A stretch of 64,000 bases of DNA. Origin: Euprymna scolopes. Its lineage: Eukaryota. The stretch lies in NCBI GenBank assembly GCA_053919585.1, contig CM132789.1; one strand, written 5' to 3'. Numbering within the stretch: the stretch's first letter is position 1; every line of letters begins with the position of its first letter. Below the pieces are notes generated by a model. That model had not been told where the DNA came from, did no database searches, and saw only the letters and a list, made by a program, of their open reading frames with translations. Positions 1 to 12,115 of the stretch are shown here, piece after piece. The translations under genes were made by a program, and so were the position numbers.

Positions 1-36
1 TTAGAAGGCATCAAGATCATCGATGAAAAGACTGAG
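1..36 (+). CDS. Dab: Disabled (Dab) family PTB/PID-domain adaptor, 3' part of an internal coding exon (LEGIKIIDEKTE)
   Basis: Frame 1 reads LEGIKIIDEKTE, matching the Dab PTB motif S(L/F)xGIKIxDEKTG. It is followed by the donor GAG|GTAAGA at 37 (phase 0). The exon is cut by the window start. Confidence 0.88.
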
Positions 37-745
37 GTAAGACAACCGGGAAAGACCAAAAAAAAATATATCGGTACATAACTATACAATAATAATCATA
101 ATAAATTAAATAATCATAATAAATTTAATACTAATGAATTCAATAATGAATTAAATAATTTTAATAAATAAAATAATAAGAATAATTTAAATGATATATT
201 ACATAATAATAAATTAGATAATAATAGTAAAAATTACTACTACTAATAATAATAATGAATTAAATAGCTAAAAAGTGATTTAAAAATTAAAATAATAAAA
301 AATAATTATGATTAATAACTTTGCATATAAAGTAAACTAAACTTTCTCCATTTTCAAATCTTGGAATAATAACTCAAAACTTCATATACAAATCTGCTTT
401 GTCAGCAATTTAGACATATTACTGATGCATATTTCCAGAAACTATAATTTTGTTCCATTGATTTTTATATTTAGTCCTGGTTGATATTTCTCTTCAGATA
501 GTCAGATATACAGGATGCTGTATATAGATATACTAAAATTATTAAATAGAAATAGATTTAGCACTTGCATAAGCCAACTTCTAAAAAGTCTACAATTATA
601 AAAGAGAATTCATGATTCATAACGACGGAAAAAAAACCCTTAACTGAAATTGTTAAATAGAAAAAGGGGATCATCAGCTGCCTACCATGTAGCTGCTTCG
701 GGGATTTAAAAACAGGAGAGCGGTAAAATACATGGTTCTCCAGTT

Positions 746-802
<57 letters not shown>

Positions 803-808
<6 letters not shown>

Positions 809-941
809 TAGTATTTCATTCTTTTGGGAATCATCAGTGCAAGGTGCCACGATTAATACCAGTCAATAGATTCGAACCCAGCAGCAGAAGCCATCTCTGG
901 CTTCATTAGCAAGGACCTAATCCAATCGGCTACCGTTAACC
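803..941 (-). mobile_element. tRNA(Ser-like)-headed SINE with 3' type I hammerhead motif
   Basis: Minus strand has A box TAGCCGATTGG, B box GGGTTCGAATC, then TGCA-CTGATGA-TTCCCAAAAGAAT-GAAA-TACTAGTA-TA, running into (TA)n. Confidence 0.7.
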
Positions 942-984
942 GTGAGAAATATTGTTGAAATTTAAAAATTTATTTTTTTAAATG

Positions 985-1034
<50 letters not shown>

Positions 1035-2230
1035 TTACATATCAGATAAAATGCATTTGTAAAGACGTTTAATATGCAAGTAATTTTTTTTAAATCATTA
1101 TATATTTTTTTTTATTTTCACTTTTCTTATTAATTTTGGATAGTACAACATCTGCCATCAGAGAAAGTGCCCTCTGCCCCATTAAAAAAAACGTTTTTCT
1201 TTTATTTTTTTTATTGCAATTAAAAATGTCCTTATTAATAAATCTTAAAAACACAAAACTTATGTATTTATGATCTTAAAAAGATTTAAATCAACAAAAG
1301 AATATATAGTTACATTTGACACACAATATATTTTTATCAAAGGAAATATAACAGCATGTCATTACGTCATATACTTAAAAACATTACATGTTAAGAAATA
1401 GATTTCATGATCTGTTTGAATTTGTACTTAAATGAATTCAAAAAATTCAGGAAGATTGAATTATCTGTGAAACTGCAGTAACATGCTAAAAGTCATTTTA
1501 TTATTATTATTATTATTATTATGTACATTTTTCTTTCCTTTTTTACTTCTGATTTTTTTAATTCAAATTTCTGCTTCAATTACACCCCCCCCCTCCGCTT
1601 TTATCAATTAATATTTGTTTGTTTGTCTGTCAGCCTTTTACTTCTGGTTTGATTCATTGTTTCTAACCCAAATTTAATCATACAACTTGCATAGCTGTTT
1701 AAAATTTGGTTATTGTTTTCTTGTAACTTCTGTTCCTGATTTCTTTTTAAAATAATGCCACATTTTTTCCTGTTTCAGTTGGCAAATTCTCATCAATTTT
1801 CAATGAAACATCACTTCTTGGTTGTTTTTTTAAATAAGTTTAGACATAAATCTTGTCATAATCATAATTTTCTTTAATCATAAATATAATCAAAATATTA
1901 GAATAGCAGCTACTAAAAACCGGGGTTTTATAATTTAATTTATTTTGCAAAAGCAGTTCTTGATTTCCTTTTATACTATACATATTTTATTCAGATTGTT
2001 TTGTTTTTTTATCACATTTTAGTCATTGTACTCTAGTCTTCTTTGAATGCCATTCATCATAATTGTTAACTTCATAGAAATTTCGAATTGAACGCTTTAT
2101 TTAATCCACTGCTCACATGCCACATTCTGCACTTTTTACATACATACTATCAGTTAATGCTTTTTGTGATATTTAGTAACCATCGAGAAATTTCAAGCTG
2201 AACTCTTGAGCCAGTCATGTGACTAAAATA

Positions 2231-2761
2231 CGAGGGACGTTCCAAAAGTAACGCCTTTTATTTTTTATTCTGCCAGAATGGATCAGAGGGGGATTGCAAA
2301 TTGCATTTTTATGATGACTGAATTTGTACATTCATGACCTGAAAGTTTCATCTCTCTGTTGCAGATATTGATGGTGTGAGACTCTAAGAAAGCAACCCCT
2401 GTCATGGATGTGCATCAGCGATGTGTCATTGAATACTCCATGCAGAAAAAATTGAACCAATCAATATTGTTAAATGTTTATGAAGCCAATACAGTTGATG
2501 TCAGCACAGTTAGGAGATGAGTTCATCGATTTCAAAATGGCGACAGATGTGAGTGACAAAGCGTGCTCTGGACTTTGACGACTGAAGCATTGTTCATTGC
2601 TGGCAAAAGTGTATTGAGAATGGTGACAACTATGTAAAAAAATAAGTTCTGTAGCACAAAAGCGCACTCGTTTTAATGGCGCCATTTCCGTCTTCATAGC
2701 TCTTGAACGTTTTTGTTTTGGAGTTAAAAAATAGAAGTCTTTACTTTTGGAATGATCTGCA
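2231..2761 (+). mobile_element. Non-autonomous mariner-derived element (~530 bp)
   Basis: TA|CGAGGGACGTTCCAAAAGTAA ... TTACTTTTGGAATGATC inverted termini; second copy at 27857-28394. Confidence 0.75.
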
Positions 2762-3644
2762 TATGTTGATGATATCTTCCTGCATTTACCTCGCCAGGGA
2801 GATGTCCAACATGTCATCCAAATAAGAGTATCCTAGATTTGAATAAAAAAATTTCAAATGATTAAAAAAATACTTCTGGAAACCCCAAGATCATCCTTTT
2901 TCACAAATCAATATGACGTCATAGAAAGCTAAATAATTTCTCTTTATTTACTTTTTTTTGGTAATTTAAATATTTCAATTGGAATAGATAATATTAATCA
3001 GGAATATAGTAAAACACACTTGAAGAGTGAATAAAATAAACTATGAAATCGGAGCAAAGTGTTTGGATAAGTCCAATATATATCTATTAGTCTACTAAAT
3101 GTAGGTTAATCAACGTTTGTTTTTCTAAGGCGTTTCCCCATAATATTATAATAACACAAAATACATGCTAAAATATACTTTAGTTCTAAGATTGAGTTGC
3201 ATTTGAAAAGAAAATTCTGTCTTGCTTTTTATAATTAGCTGTAATTTCTAATCGACTCAACAAGTCACCCATCTTTCTTTAGCTATCTATGTATTTCTCT
3301 TGCCCCCTCTCATCTATTCAATCACTCTCTAACATTTTTTGATGTTTCTGTGAGTATTTAGAGAAAAAGTGACTCTTTTTTCAGTGTTGTCGTTTAACTT
3401 ACATAAGTGTGTTTTTACACACTACAAACACATATAAATTAGATTTAAAATAAGGAATCTTTTTTTTTTATATGTAAGAATAATAAACAATACTAATACT
3501 TCTATATAATGATGGTGATGATGATATATTCTACATCCTACATTCGTTGCCTTTTTACATATCTCCTATCAGTTAATGTTGCCAGTAAATCTGTTTACAA
3601 AGGCCGCCACAAAGAAAGTGTTGTACTAGAAAATGACCCCTGTC

Positions 3645-4335
3645 TGAAAGTATCCTGTATCTATACTAAGCTACCATTCACCCGTGCATGGAGTATTGTT
3701 GTCACATCTGGGCTGGTGCATCCACCACTAATCTCTCCTTCTTAGACACGGTCTAAAAAAGTCTCCAATCTAATAGGTACCTCACTATCTACCAAGCTCC
3801 AACTTCTGTCCCATCGCCACAATGTTGCATCCCTGTGCCTGTTTTATGAGTATTTTAATGTAATATGCGCTGATAAGCTCAATGCAGTTATACCCCCCCC
3901 CCCGCGATGTACATCTCATCCCTTCGCTATAGAGATCCCTAAATACCGGAAAGCCTTCTACTCTAATAACTTCTTCTCTCGGACTGCTAGCCTTTAAAAT
4001 TCTCTCTCTGTTTCCTGCTTCCCTGACTGTACTGACATGCAGAAGTTTAAATGTAATGTGGACAGATATCTTGCTCATCTCCTTACATAGTCACCTGTTC
4101 CAAATAATAGCCCTTATGTCAAAGTGGTAATATGCCTTGTTTGGGCTAAACAAGAGCTTCTTCCCTCAGACTGCTAGACTTTGGAATTCCCTTCCTCCTT
4201 CACATATAGAAGTTTAAATTTAATGTGAACAGACATCTCACTCATCTCCTTACATAGTCCCCTGTAAACATGGTCCCAGATAGTAGCCCCTTATGCCTAA
4301 CTGGCAATATGACTTGTTATCAAAAAAAAAAAAGA
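3645..4335 (+). mobile_element. LINE 3' fragment with duplicated 3' tail and poly(A)
   Basis: ILYLY..IHPCMEYCCHIWAGA remnant. The tail CATCTCCTTACATAGTC..GCCCTTATG occurs twice. Related copies at ~5225-5465 (-), 42270-42800 (+) and 52925-53290 (-). Confidence 0.8.
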
Positions 4336-5510
4336 TAAGAGTAAAAAAAAAAGAATAAAATAGTTGGTAACGATTGCCTTGTTGGGAACCACCAGAATTT
4401 TGAAGAAAGTGCTGGAAGACTGAGAGACCCGGATGCTGATAGACTGTTCATTTGTTATGATCCGCCTATCAGTATAAAACCAGCAATATTAACAGCCAAA
4501 CACAAAATCTGAATAAAATAATAATAGACTTATTATTTTAATTATGCAAGAACAATGTCATAAAAGAGATGTCACAGTTTATGAATTGTTGAATGAAAAT
4601 AAAGTAGAATGAATAGTAACAGTGGTTGTGACCCAATGAATCACAGATATGTCTACTATGTTTATAAAACAATATTATTTTTATTGAAACTTAAAATGGA
4701 ATTAGTCCTTAAAATAAGGGATGCCCAACGAAGCATAACTAATTAAACACACTTTGCCTGTTTGTAAAACATGTTTTTACTCGGGCTCTTTCAACAAAAG
4801 ATAAAACAGAAAATGCATTGACCCCTTGATGTAAACAAAAATCCCAACATTATAAAAAAAAGATAAGACATTCTTTATTTTCGCACATCAATGCATTTAT
4901 TAAAAACATTTCTTTCAATTCGCAATCATTAAAAGAAAACAAAACGATTGTTTAGACTTATTTTCTTTATTTGCTCAGGCTTGCAAATCAAATAATACAC
5001 TTTATATAGAATGATTCAGTGTTATTTTATTTATTCCATAATAAATCCCGCATGATAAACTTTGTTTTCAATCTTTCCTTCTTGACTTTATTTATTTTTA
5101 AACCTTTTTCACTCAAAACAAGGCATATTACCACTTGGAACATAAGGGAATAATTTGGGATCCTGTCTAGCCGGGACTATGGGGAGTTATGCAACGAGAT
5201 GTTTTTTTACATTACATTTAAACTTTTGCTTGTCAGTACAGTCAGTTAAGCAGGAAACAGTGAGGGAATTCAGAAGTCCAGGAATTCGAGGGAAGAAACT
5301 ATTAGAGTAGAAGGCTTTCCAGCATCTATGGGCCTCAATAATGAAGGGGTAGGATTTTGCTGCTTGTTGAGTTAATTGGAAGTACAGATGCTATGAGTTC
5401 GTCAGAGCACATTTCTATTAAAATTTCATGAATATCCAACAGTTCATGTCCAACACCTGCCAGCATGTAAACGAATATTATATCGAACATTGTGATGATA
5501 ATGATGACAG

Positions 5511-7880
5511 CACAGTGGGCCCAGATTGCGAAACTTTGGAAATAGGATTGTGACACAGATTTTACTGACTTATGCGACCTAAAAAAGGCTTATTACGTCA
5601 GAATAATCATTTACAACACTGTGAGTACTATCGGAGCATAAATAAAATGGTTTCCAGGCTATTTTTCCCATTTTGGGGTCCAAGAATATCCCCGACTTTA
5701 GTCGGATTTGGACCTTATAATTCACCCTCGTGCGTGCATTCCAAAATTCTCAATGACTATCCATTGTATTTTTCTGAAATTTTGCATGGAGTTACACTTT
5801 TATAAGGGGAAATGTAACATTCTCAGATTTTTGAAAATTATTGATATGTATGTCTATTTAGTGGTTTTCCATGATGCTGAACTCAAAAATGGATGTTTTA
5901 CACCCGAAACTGCGCTGTTTGCCCATTTTCAGTAAGTTCCGGGGTCCCTGAGAGGGCCACAATAGGTCAAAATGACCTAAATTGGTCGAACATGACACAT
6001 TTGAGCCTGTAACTTTCGATCCATTCATTTTATTTTTCTGAAACTAATGGCTAAGATCAAAGAGAAAAAAGATCAAGAAAAAAGACAAAGCATTCCAACA
6101 AGCTGAACAAGGCATTGCAAATATGATTTACAATATACTAGGGAAACAATGAATAAAACGACTCTTACCAATACATGGGTCAGTGAAATCTATGCAGAAC
6201 AATACCCATTTCATGGTAGACAATAGAATTGCATTAATTCAAAAGAATATCCTCTCCAAGAAAATAATACCATCTTTTTGGGAGGTTGAACAGTCTAGCA
6301 TGTGAACGAATAGTGTGATCAGTGGCACCACATTCTGTGCAATATTTCGGATGCTGGATTCGTGCACTCAACTGACATATGACAGAATCAGATCGTTCTA
6401 ATAACCTGCTCATCACATCTGTCAGCTGTGCAATAGGTGAGATTTTCCGAGACAAAAACTGGAGATAGTTCCGAATATCTTTGTTGTTGGCTTCTAAGCA
6501 TTCCTCAGACATACCTCCAAGACCGTGACCGTCATTCAAACCAATCAACTCGACTGAGTGATGAAGTGTTCCATGCAAAGTTTGGTTGATCCTGATCCAA
6601 GGAAAATTGTCGATTATGTTGTATGTAGCTGTGTCACATAAGTCCTTAAGCTTGGTCAAGTCAACTTTCTGTGTAGACGACACAACAGACAGAATGGTGG
6701 AAAGTTGGCGATGCAGAAGGAGAATGTTTTCTTGATGTTTAATGGAGGAACGACCCGAGAGCAACTCTGTGATGGCACAGAGTACCTCCTCAGAGAAAAA
6801 TCGTGTCCCCTGGTTACCATCTGTTGATGTCCCACATTTTTCATTTGCTTTGTTGCATCGATCGATGTCCTGTGGCATGAAGAATCGCATCAAGTACTCT
6901 TTCTCTGGATTGCCGAATTGGTTCACCAAGTGGTCCAGATTTCTGGACCCAATTCTTGTAATCTATATGACATCGATACAGAACTTTCAAAAACCAATGA
7001 AGAGGTTATATTGATTATTCTTTGAGTTTTCCTTTTTTTTTGTGGAAAATTTTTGTCTTTAGGGGAAAATAGGGAGGAAATAATGCTATTTTTGTCAGAT
7101 TTTAGAGAAAAATTCCCCAATTTCTCCTTTTTTACATTGCCTTAAGACCAATTATCCTCTTTATATGCTCCTCCCACTTTCCTAAAACAATCAGGAACAT
7201 GTTAAATCTTTTTTTTTTGTCCCTTAGTGTAATTTTTGGGGATTTTTGCTGCGTTGAGTTATTGGAGCTCTGATTTTTTCATCCGAAACCTGTGACATTG
7301 GCTCTGAAATTGATCAGCAATAAACTAAAAAACGGCTGAGAGTCACATCATAAAACTGCCAGATTCTGAAAGTGTAAAGATTGTACTTTCAGAAAATACT
7401 ATACTTTGATATGTGAGGAATAGCCGTTTTTGACTTATTTTGGATTGAAGGTCCGGGTTTAGTCAATTTCACCCCCCCCCCGAAAAACAGCAATTTATAT
7501 GCAAATTTTTCTCAAATTTCTCCATGAAATGCTGAATTTTTCATATACTCTAATCTTTTGAAAGCAATTATTCTTCTGGTATGATCCCTTCACAACCACA
7601 AACCCATAGAAAAAGAATAAACTGTCTTTTATAGCAATTTTTGGCCATTTTAGGGTATTTTTTTGTAAATGCTTGGATTTAGAGCAGCAATCTCTTGGTT
7701 ACAGTGCACGCGATCTGGGCAACTTCAAAATATCATAAAACAACTTCTAGTTGAGCTCTGCACTTAATTTTTTTTTTTTTTTGTTTTTTAGGAAATTTAA
7801 TGCAGATTTGGAATATGCTAATTGTGAACAAAAATGAGAGAATATTTTTTTGGCCTATTTCCACCTCTGGGCCCACTGTG
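5511..7880 (-). mobile_element. Transib/RAG1-like DNA transposon, internally deleted
   Basis: 15-bp terminal inverted repeats CACAGTGGGCCCAGA (5511-5525 and 7866-7880), flanked by an identical 5-bp TSD GACAG (5506-5510, 7881-7885). Encodes a Transib-like transposase C-terminal half. Confidence 0.93.
6234..6929 (-). pseudogene. Transib/RAG1-like transposase, C-terminal half (open frame, N-terminal half missing)
   Basis: GTSTDGNQGTRFF resembles Transib GxxNDGNTARRFF. TLHGTLHH..GLGGMSEECLEANNKDIR..SRK..DVMSRLLERSD resembles RAG1 YFHKTLAH..SEGNESGNK (two Zn-binding His and the catalytic Glu). Ends with CTECGATDHTIRSH. Confidence 0.88.
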
Positions 7881-8112
7881 GACAGGTCATGATGTTAACG
7901 GGTACAACGTCTCACCAAATTTCGCCCATGCTGTTTTCACTCTTGTGCTTGTATTAAGTTTACATGCTCAACCTGCTCTCAGCATATCTCCTAAGTAGGA
8001 GAGTTTACTTTATGAAAACTATATATAAAAAAAATTGTTTCAATTAACTTTGAGAAGTTGATATCAGAAGAAATTTAATGTTTTTTTTTTTTTTTTACAA
8101 TCATCTCCCCGT

Positions 8113-8147
<35 letters not shown>

Positions 8148-8599
8148 TATTTTTTAGAATAATCTGATTTCAGGTTTCAACACTCCAGTAGTCATGACCA
8201 TGTAAAGTTTGCCCCATCCTTTCTTATTCTGTATATTTTCTTACAAACGTGATGTTGCTAGTCTCAGTCTATTCTATAAGTACTATTATTGCATATTTTA
8301 TTTAGAATTGTCTGATTTATCCCGTTTCCTTTGTTCCAGCTTGTTTGACTCGTTGGCCTAGCCATCTTCATTAATTCACTATTCAGATACTTTGTTATAA
8401 TACATCTTCCTGTTCCAGTAAATTCTTTTCAAAAATTGCAGGCTTGTAGAACTCCCTTCTTGCTGACTGTTTTCCTCCTATCAAGACTAAGCATTTCCTG
8501 TCTTTGCATTAATCGGTTTTCATTTTTTTAGCACCTTAAATCCAGTGGCTTCATGCCTTGTTTGGAGCGATGTCCACAATATATATATATATATATATA

Positions 8600-10708
8600 C
8601 TGTGAAAGCAAAATCAAGACTTCAAAAAAGGTGTTGATGGCAATAAAAAGTGTATTTCGTTTTACGTTACAATTGTTTCCATGTCCAGTCGACAATTTCA
8701 AACATATCGTTTGAAAATTTTCAAAAACCAGCATTTCTTCAGACTTTATGAATAAAAACACTTTTGACAATAGAGCATTTTTGAAGAGAAAGAAAAAAGA
8801 AAAAAAAATTAAAAATTCCCTTAACAGGAAAAGCATGTGAGAAACATTTACCTTTGCAGTAGCTACGGTAAAGCCCATTTAAATATTAATATATCGCCTA
8901 GTTTTCGTATCCTTATTTAAGAACAAAATCATTAGAAGTTTTCAAAGAAAATCCTAAGCCATTTACAAAATTTTTTATATATCCCATTCGTTGAGTTCCT
9001 AAATTAGATCTTGCTGTTTCTTTATTTCCCAATAATTAATTTTTTTATAAGAAGAATTTTTTAATTTTTATTTTTATATTTATAGTATGGCCGTAACAAC
9101 CTTGCAATAACGTTACGGTTAATTTTAGTTTCGTATTAGTGGCAAGTAATTGTTTACAGATTATCGTTATTTTAGTACTTAGATTTAAGACCATTGTAAG
9201 TTTAATGTTTAATTGAATATGAGAATAAATAAAAAGGCTATATTATATATATAAATCCTTGTACAACATTTCGAGTAAAGTATTCTAATCTATTTATTAT
9301 TATTTAATGTTTTAAAATTCATTGTCATTCTACTTGAATACGTTTTCATATCGTTACTAAAGACAATTATGAAGGGAGATAATCCAATTATGTTGTTAAT
9401 TGCTACTAGTTAATTCTGTTGGAAACTGGGTCGATTTTATTTCCTATAACAGCTAAAGGGAGATAATTCAGGCCGTTTGATGTTTTCGGTCTATTGATTA
9501 CTAGAAGGCTTCTACGATTTAATAATTAATTTAATCAGACATATCCAGGATGTGCTACGATGGCTTATTTAACAAATTAAGGATATAAATTATGTTTTTA
9601 ATCTTAAAAAATTGGTTTTTCATATGGGTTTAACCCACATCTGTTATTAATCACTTATGCTGCTCATGTCTTATAATTCGTGTTATGTTCTTGGGTATCT
9701 AAATAAAATGGTATATATCCTCTAATTATTATTCTGACAGCAAAACCACCTAATAGCTACAAATGTGTTTCACTCCGATGAGAAGATGTCTACTCCTGCA
9801 TTTATGGGTAAAAACATTTAGAACAAGGACTAAAGTAAGTGAATCAGTATAGATTCTACCAACTTAAGATGTCAGATGACAAAATCAATTAAATTAATTT
9901 TCCGCCCCCAAATTGCTAATTTAATTTTTAATAATAACTAGTTTATTGTTAAGTTGTTTTATTGATTTGAAGAGGGTATCACTTATTTCACCATCAATAC
10001 TGCTACAACTGAATACAAAAATACTCACCGTTATGGAAAAAATTCCATTCTTAGATGAGCTTTATACTTTATTTATATTTTTTGCCCGGTTTAGAATAAT
10101 AGTAACTATATTCGCATGTTAGATTTGGATCCTTCATTTAGATTATAACATTTCTAGCTATTTAACTCTACCTTAAAATTTAATCCTAGCATCCGATGAT
10201 CCTTATTGTTGTAAAAAGTTATACTTTAGTTACATTTAAGGCGTGATAGCAGAAATCTATTCCTGTGAAGACATCCCTGTATGGCATCTAGTCTTTTAAT
10301 CAAAATTTCCTCTTTGGAAAAGGCTTCCAATAAACATAGATTGCACCTTTTTGATTTCCCGGGGCTGTACTTCCTCCCCCTGTCCACTACTGACCATTTT
10401 AATTCAAAATCTTCATTATTTCTGTTAAGTTCCCTGACCCAATCACCTAATGCAGTTGTATTCCTCTTGTTGTTTTCCCGTTAAGGGAATTTTTCCTTTT
10501 TCTTTCTTTTTTCTTTCTCTTCAAAAATGCTCTATTGTCAAAAGTGTTTTTATTCATAAAGTCTGGAGAAATGCTGGTTTTTGAAAATTTTCAAACGATA
10601 TAATGTTTGAAATTGCCGATTGGACATGGAAACAATTGTAACGTAAAACGAAATACACTTTTTGTTGCCATCAACACCTTTTTTGAAGTCTTGATTTTGC
10701 ATTCACAG
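8600..10708. mobile_element. 2.1-kb non-autonomous element with ~235-bp terminal inverted repeats, TA-flanked
   Basis: 8600-8832 and 10472-10708 are near-identical reverse complements (TA|CTGTGAAAGCAAAATCAAG...CTTGATTTTGCATTCACAG|TA). No transposase is recognisable. Confidence 0.85.
10226..10480 (-). pseudogene. Penelope-like element GIY-YIG endonuclease C-terminal fragment
   Basis: Translates to RENNKRNTTALGDWVRELNRNNEDFELKWSVVDRGRKYSPGKSKRCNLCLLEAF..IKRLDAIQGCLHRNRFLL, matching the PLE pattern T.LS..IW.LK...W.I.....Y....K.CNLCL.E...N.R.E....C.H...FLL. Confidence 0.8.
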
Positions 10709-11606
10709 TATATTAATGCTCAATTATGAAATATGATAATTTTGTAGCTTACTCCTTAAGTCAACTCTTTTTGGCTTAAAACACATTGGTATATGAAAAT
10801 TTACTGAATTACACAAACTCAGTATATTACATACAAGTCTAAGTGAATTTTTATAGCAAACATGTTCTTATTTTTATTTTTGTGCCATCACTGATGTCTA
10901 ATATTATACCAAATGTGAGTTTTCCTAAGCTTTTTCCTATGTAATTTAACACGAGATCCATGTTAAAATATACATTAATTTTGGGATTGAGTTAAGTTTC
11001 AAAACAAGTTCTGTTTGAATTGTTCTAATTAGCGATTATTTATAATTAACTGAACAAGTCATCCATCTCTCTCAGCAATCTATATATTTCTCTCATTTCC
11101 TCTCATTCTGTAGTGATTCAACCACTCTCTTATATTCCTTAATAAATAACTCTGTATATATTCAAAACAAAGGGTGACTCATCTAATTTACTTATTTGTG
11201 TATGCACTCACTATAAACATATATTTAAGTTAAATAACAAAATAATATCTCTGGTTTGAAATGAAACATTTTTAACAGTGATGAAGATGGGTGATTAATT
11301 TGTTATATTCTTATTTATTTATATTTTTTATATATGGTGAGGTGGGGGGGGCGAAAAGTCGGTGCGCTAGATGTAGTGCATGCCAGCCTACAAAAAATAC
11401 CTGAGAAGCCCATATCATGTGTTATTCTTTAAAAATGTTCTTGTTTTCTTACCTTAGTAAACCTCTGCATACATTTTACATTCTAAATAATACAATATTC
11501 ATCCATACTAATGTGATCCACATAAATTTCACGCTATTTGAAATTAGTGCATCAAAATCGATTTCTAACTTAATTTAAAAAAGCAAAACAACAAAAAAGC
11601 TTATTA

Positions 11607-12115
11607 CGTTTCTGAATTTTTGAGATGAGGATTGATTATTTATAATATTTAGATTCTTCAGACTACTGTTCTCATCTTGAGTGTTATTTGCACAACGTTT
11701 CAGCCGATGTAAACTCCAACCTTCTTTAGATGCATTTTGTTGCACTCAGGAATCTTTCTATCACACTTGGGAATCTGTACAGAATTTTGAACAGAACCCT
11801 TCAATCTTCAGTTCAGACGATACTCAAAAACAGTTGTGAATTACTTAGGGTTTCTACCCAGTTATAGTTGACGAAATGAGATTTCATTTAACATGTTTGA
11901 TAGAAGAGAAAGAGGAAAGAAATGGAAAAGGAGATGTCTTTCACCTTGACACCATTCTGTTTGAAATTCCTTGCAGATTCCCGAGTTTGACAGAAAGTTT
12001 CTTGACTTTGACAAAATATACATCAAGAAGATCGGAGGTTACATCGATCGAAATGTTGTGAAAATAACATTAAAGATGGGAACAGTAGCCAAAAGAAGCC
12101 AAATAATGTGAAAAA
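11607..12115. mobile_element. Hammerhead-bearing SINE-like family A, inverted (head-to-head) pair
   Basis: Minus arm ~11607-11800 and plus arm ~11800-12115 share the tail AAATAACACTCAAGATGAGAACAGTAGTCTGAAGAATC and a degenerate CTGAAGA..GAAACGTTGTG motif. Confidence 0.8.

Noticed and set aside
660-680. CTGATGA on the minus strand as another hammerhead
   Set aside because: No stem II or downstream GAAA; isolated CTGATGA hits at ~22407 and ~54480 fail the same test.
860-941. Functional tRNA gene
   Set aside because: A and B boxes are present but the acceptor and anticodon stems do not pair properly; interpreted as a SINE head, as are 40125-40197 and 48521-48610.
5546-6230. RAG2-like gene convergent with the RAG1-like ORF
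   Set aside because: Only ~700 bp with short ORFs (5572-5805, 5708-5935) and no kelch or PHD features.
8835-10225. Possible mitochondrial insertion (NUMT)
   Set aside because: AT-rich and coding-like, but I could not read any convincing mitochondrial protein, rRNA or tRNA motif in the frames I translated.
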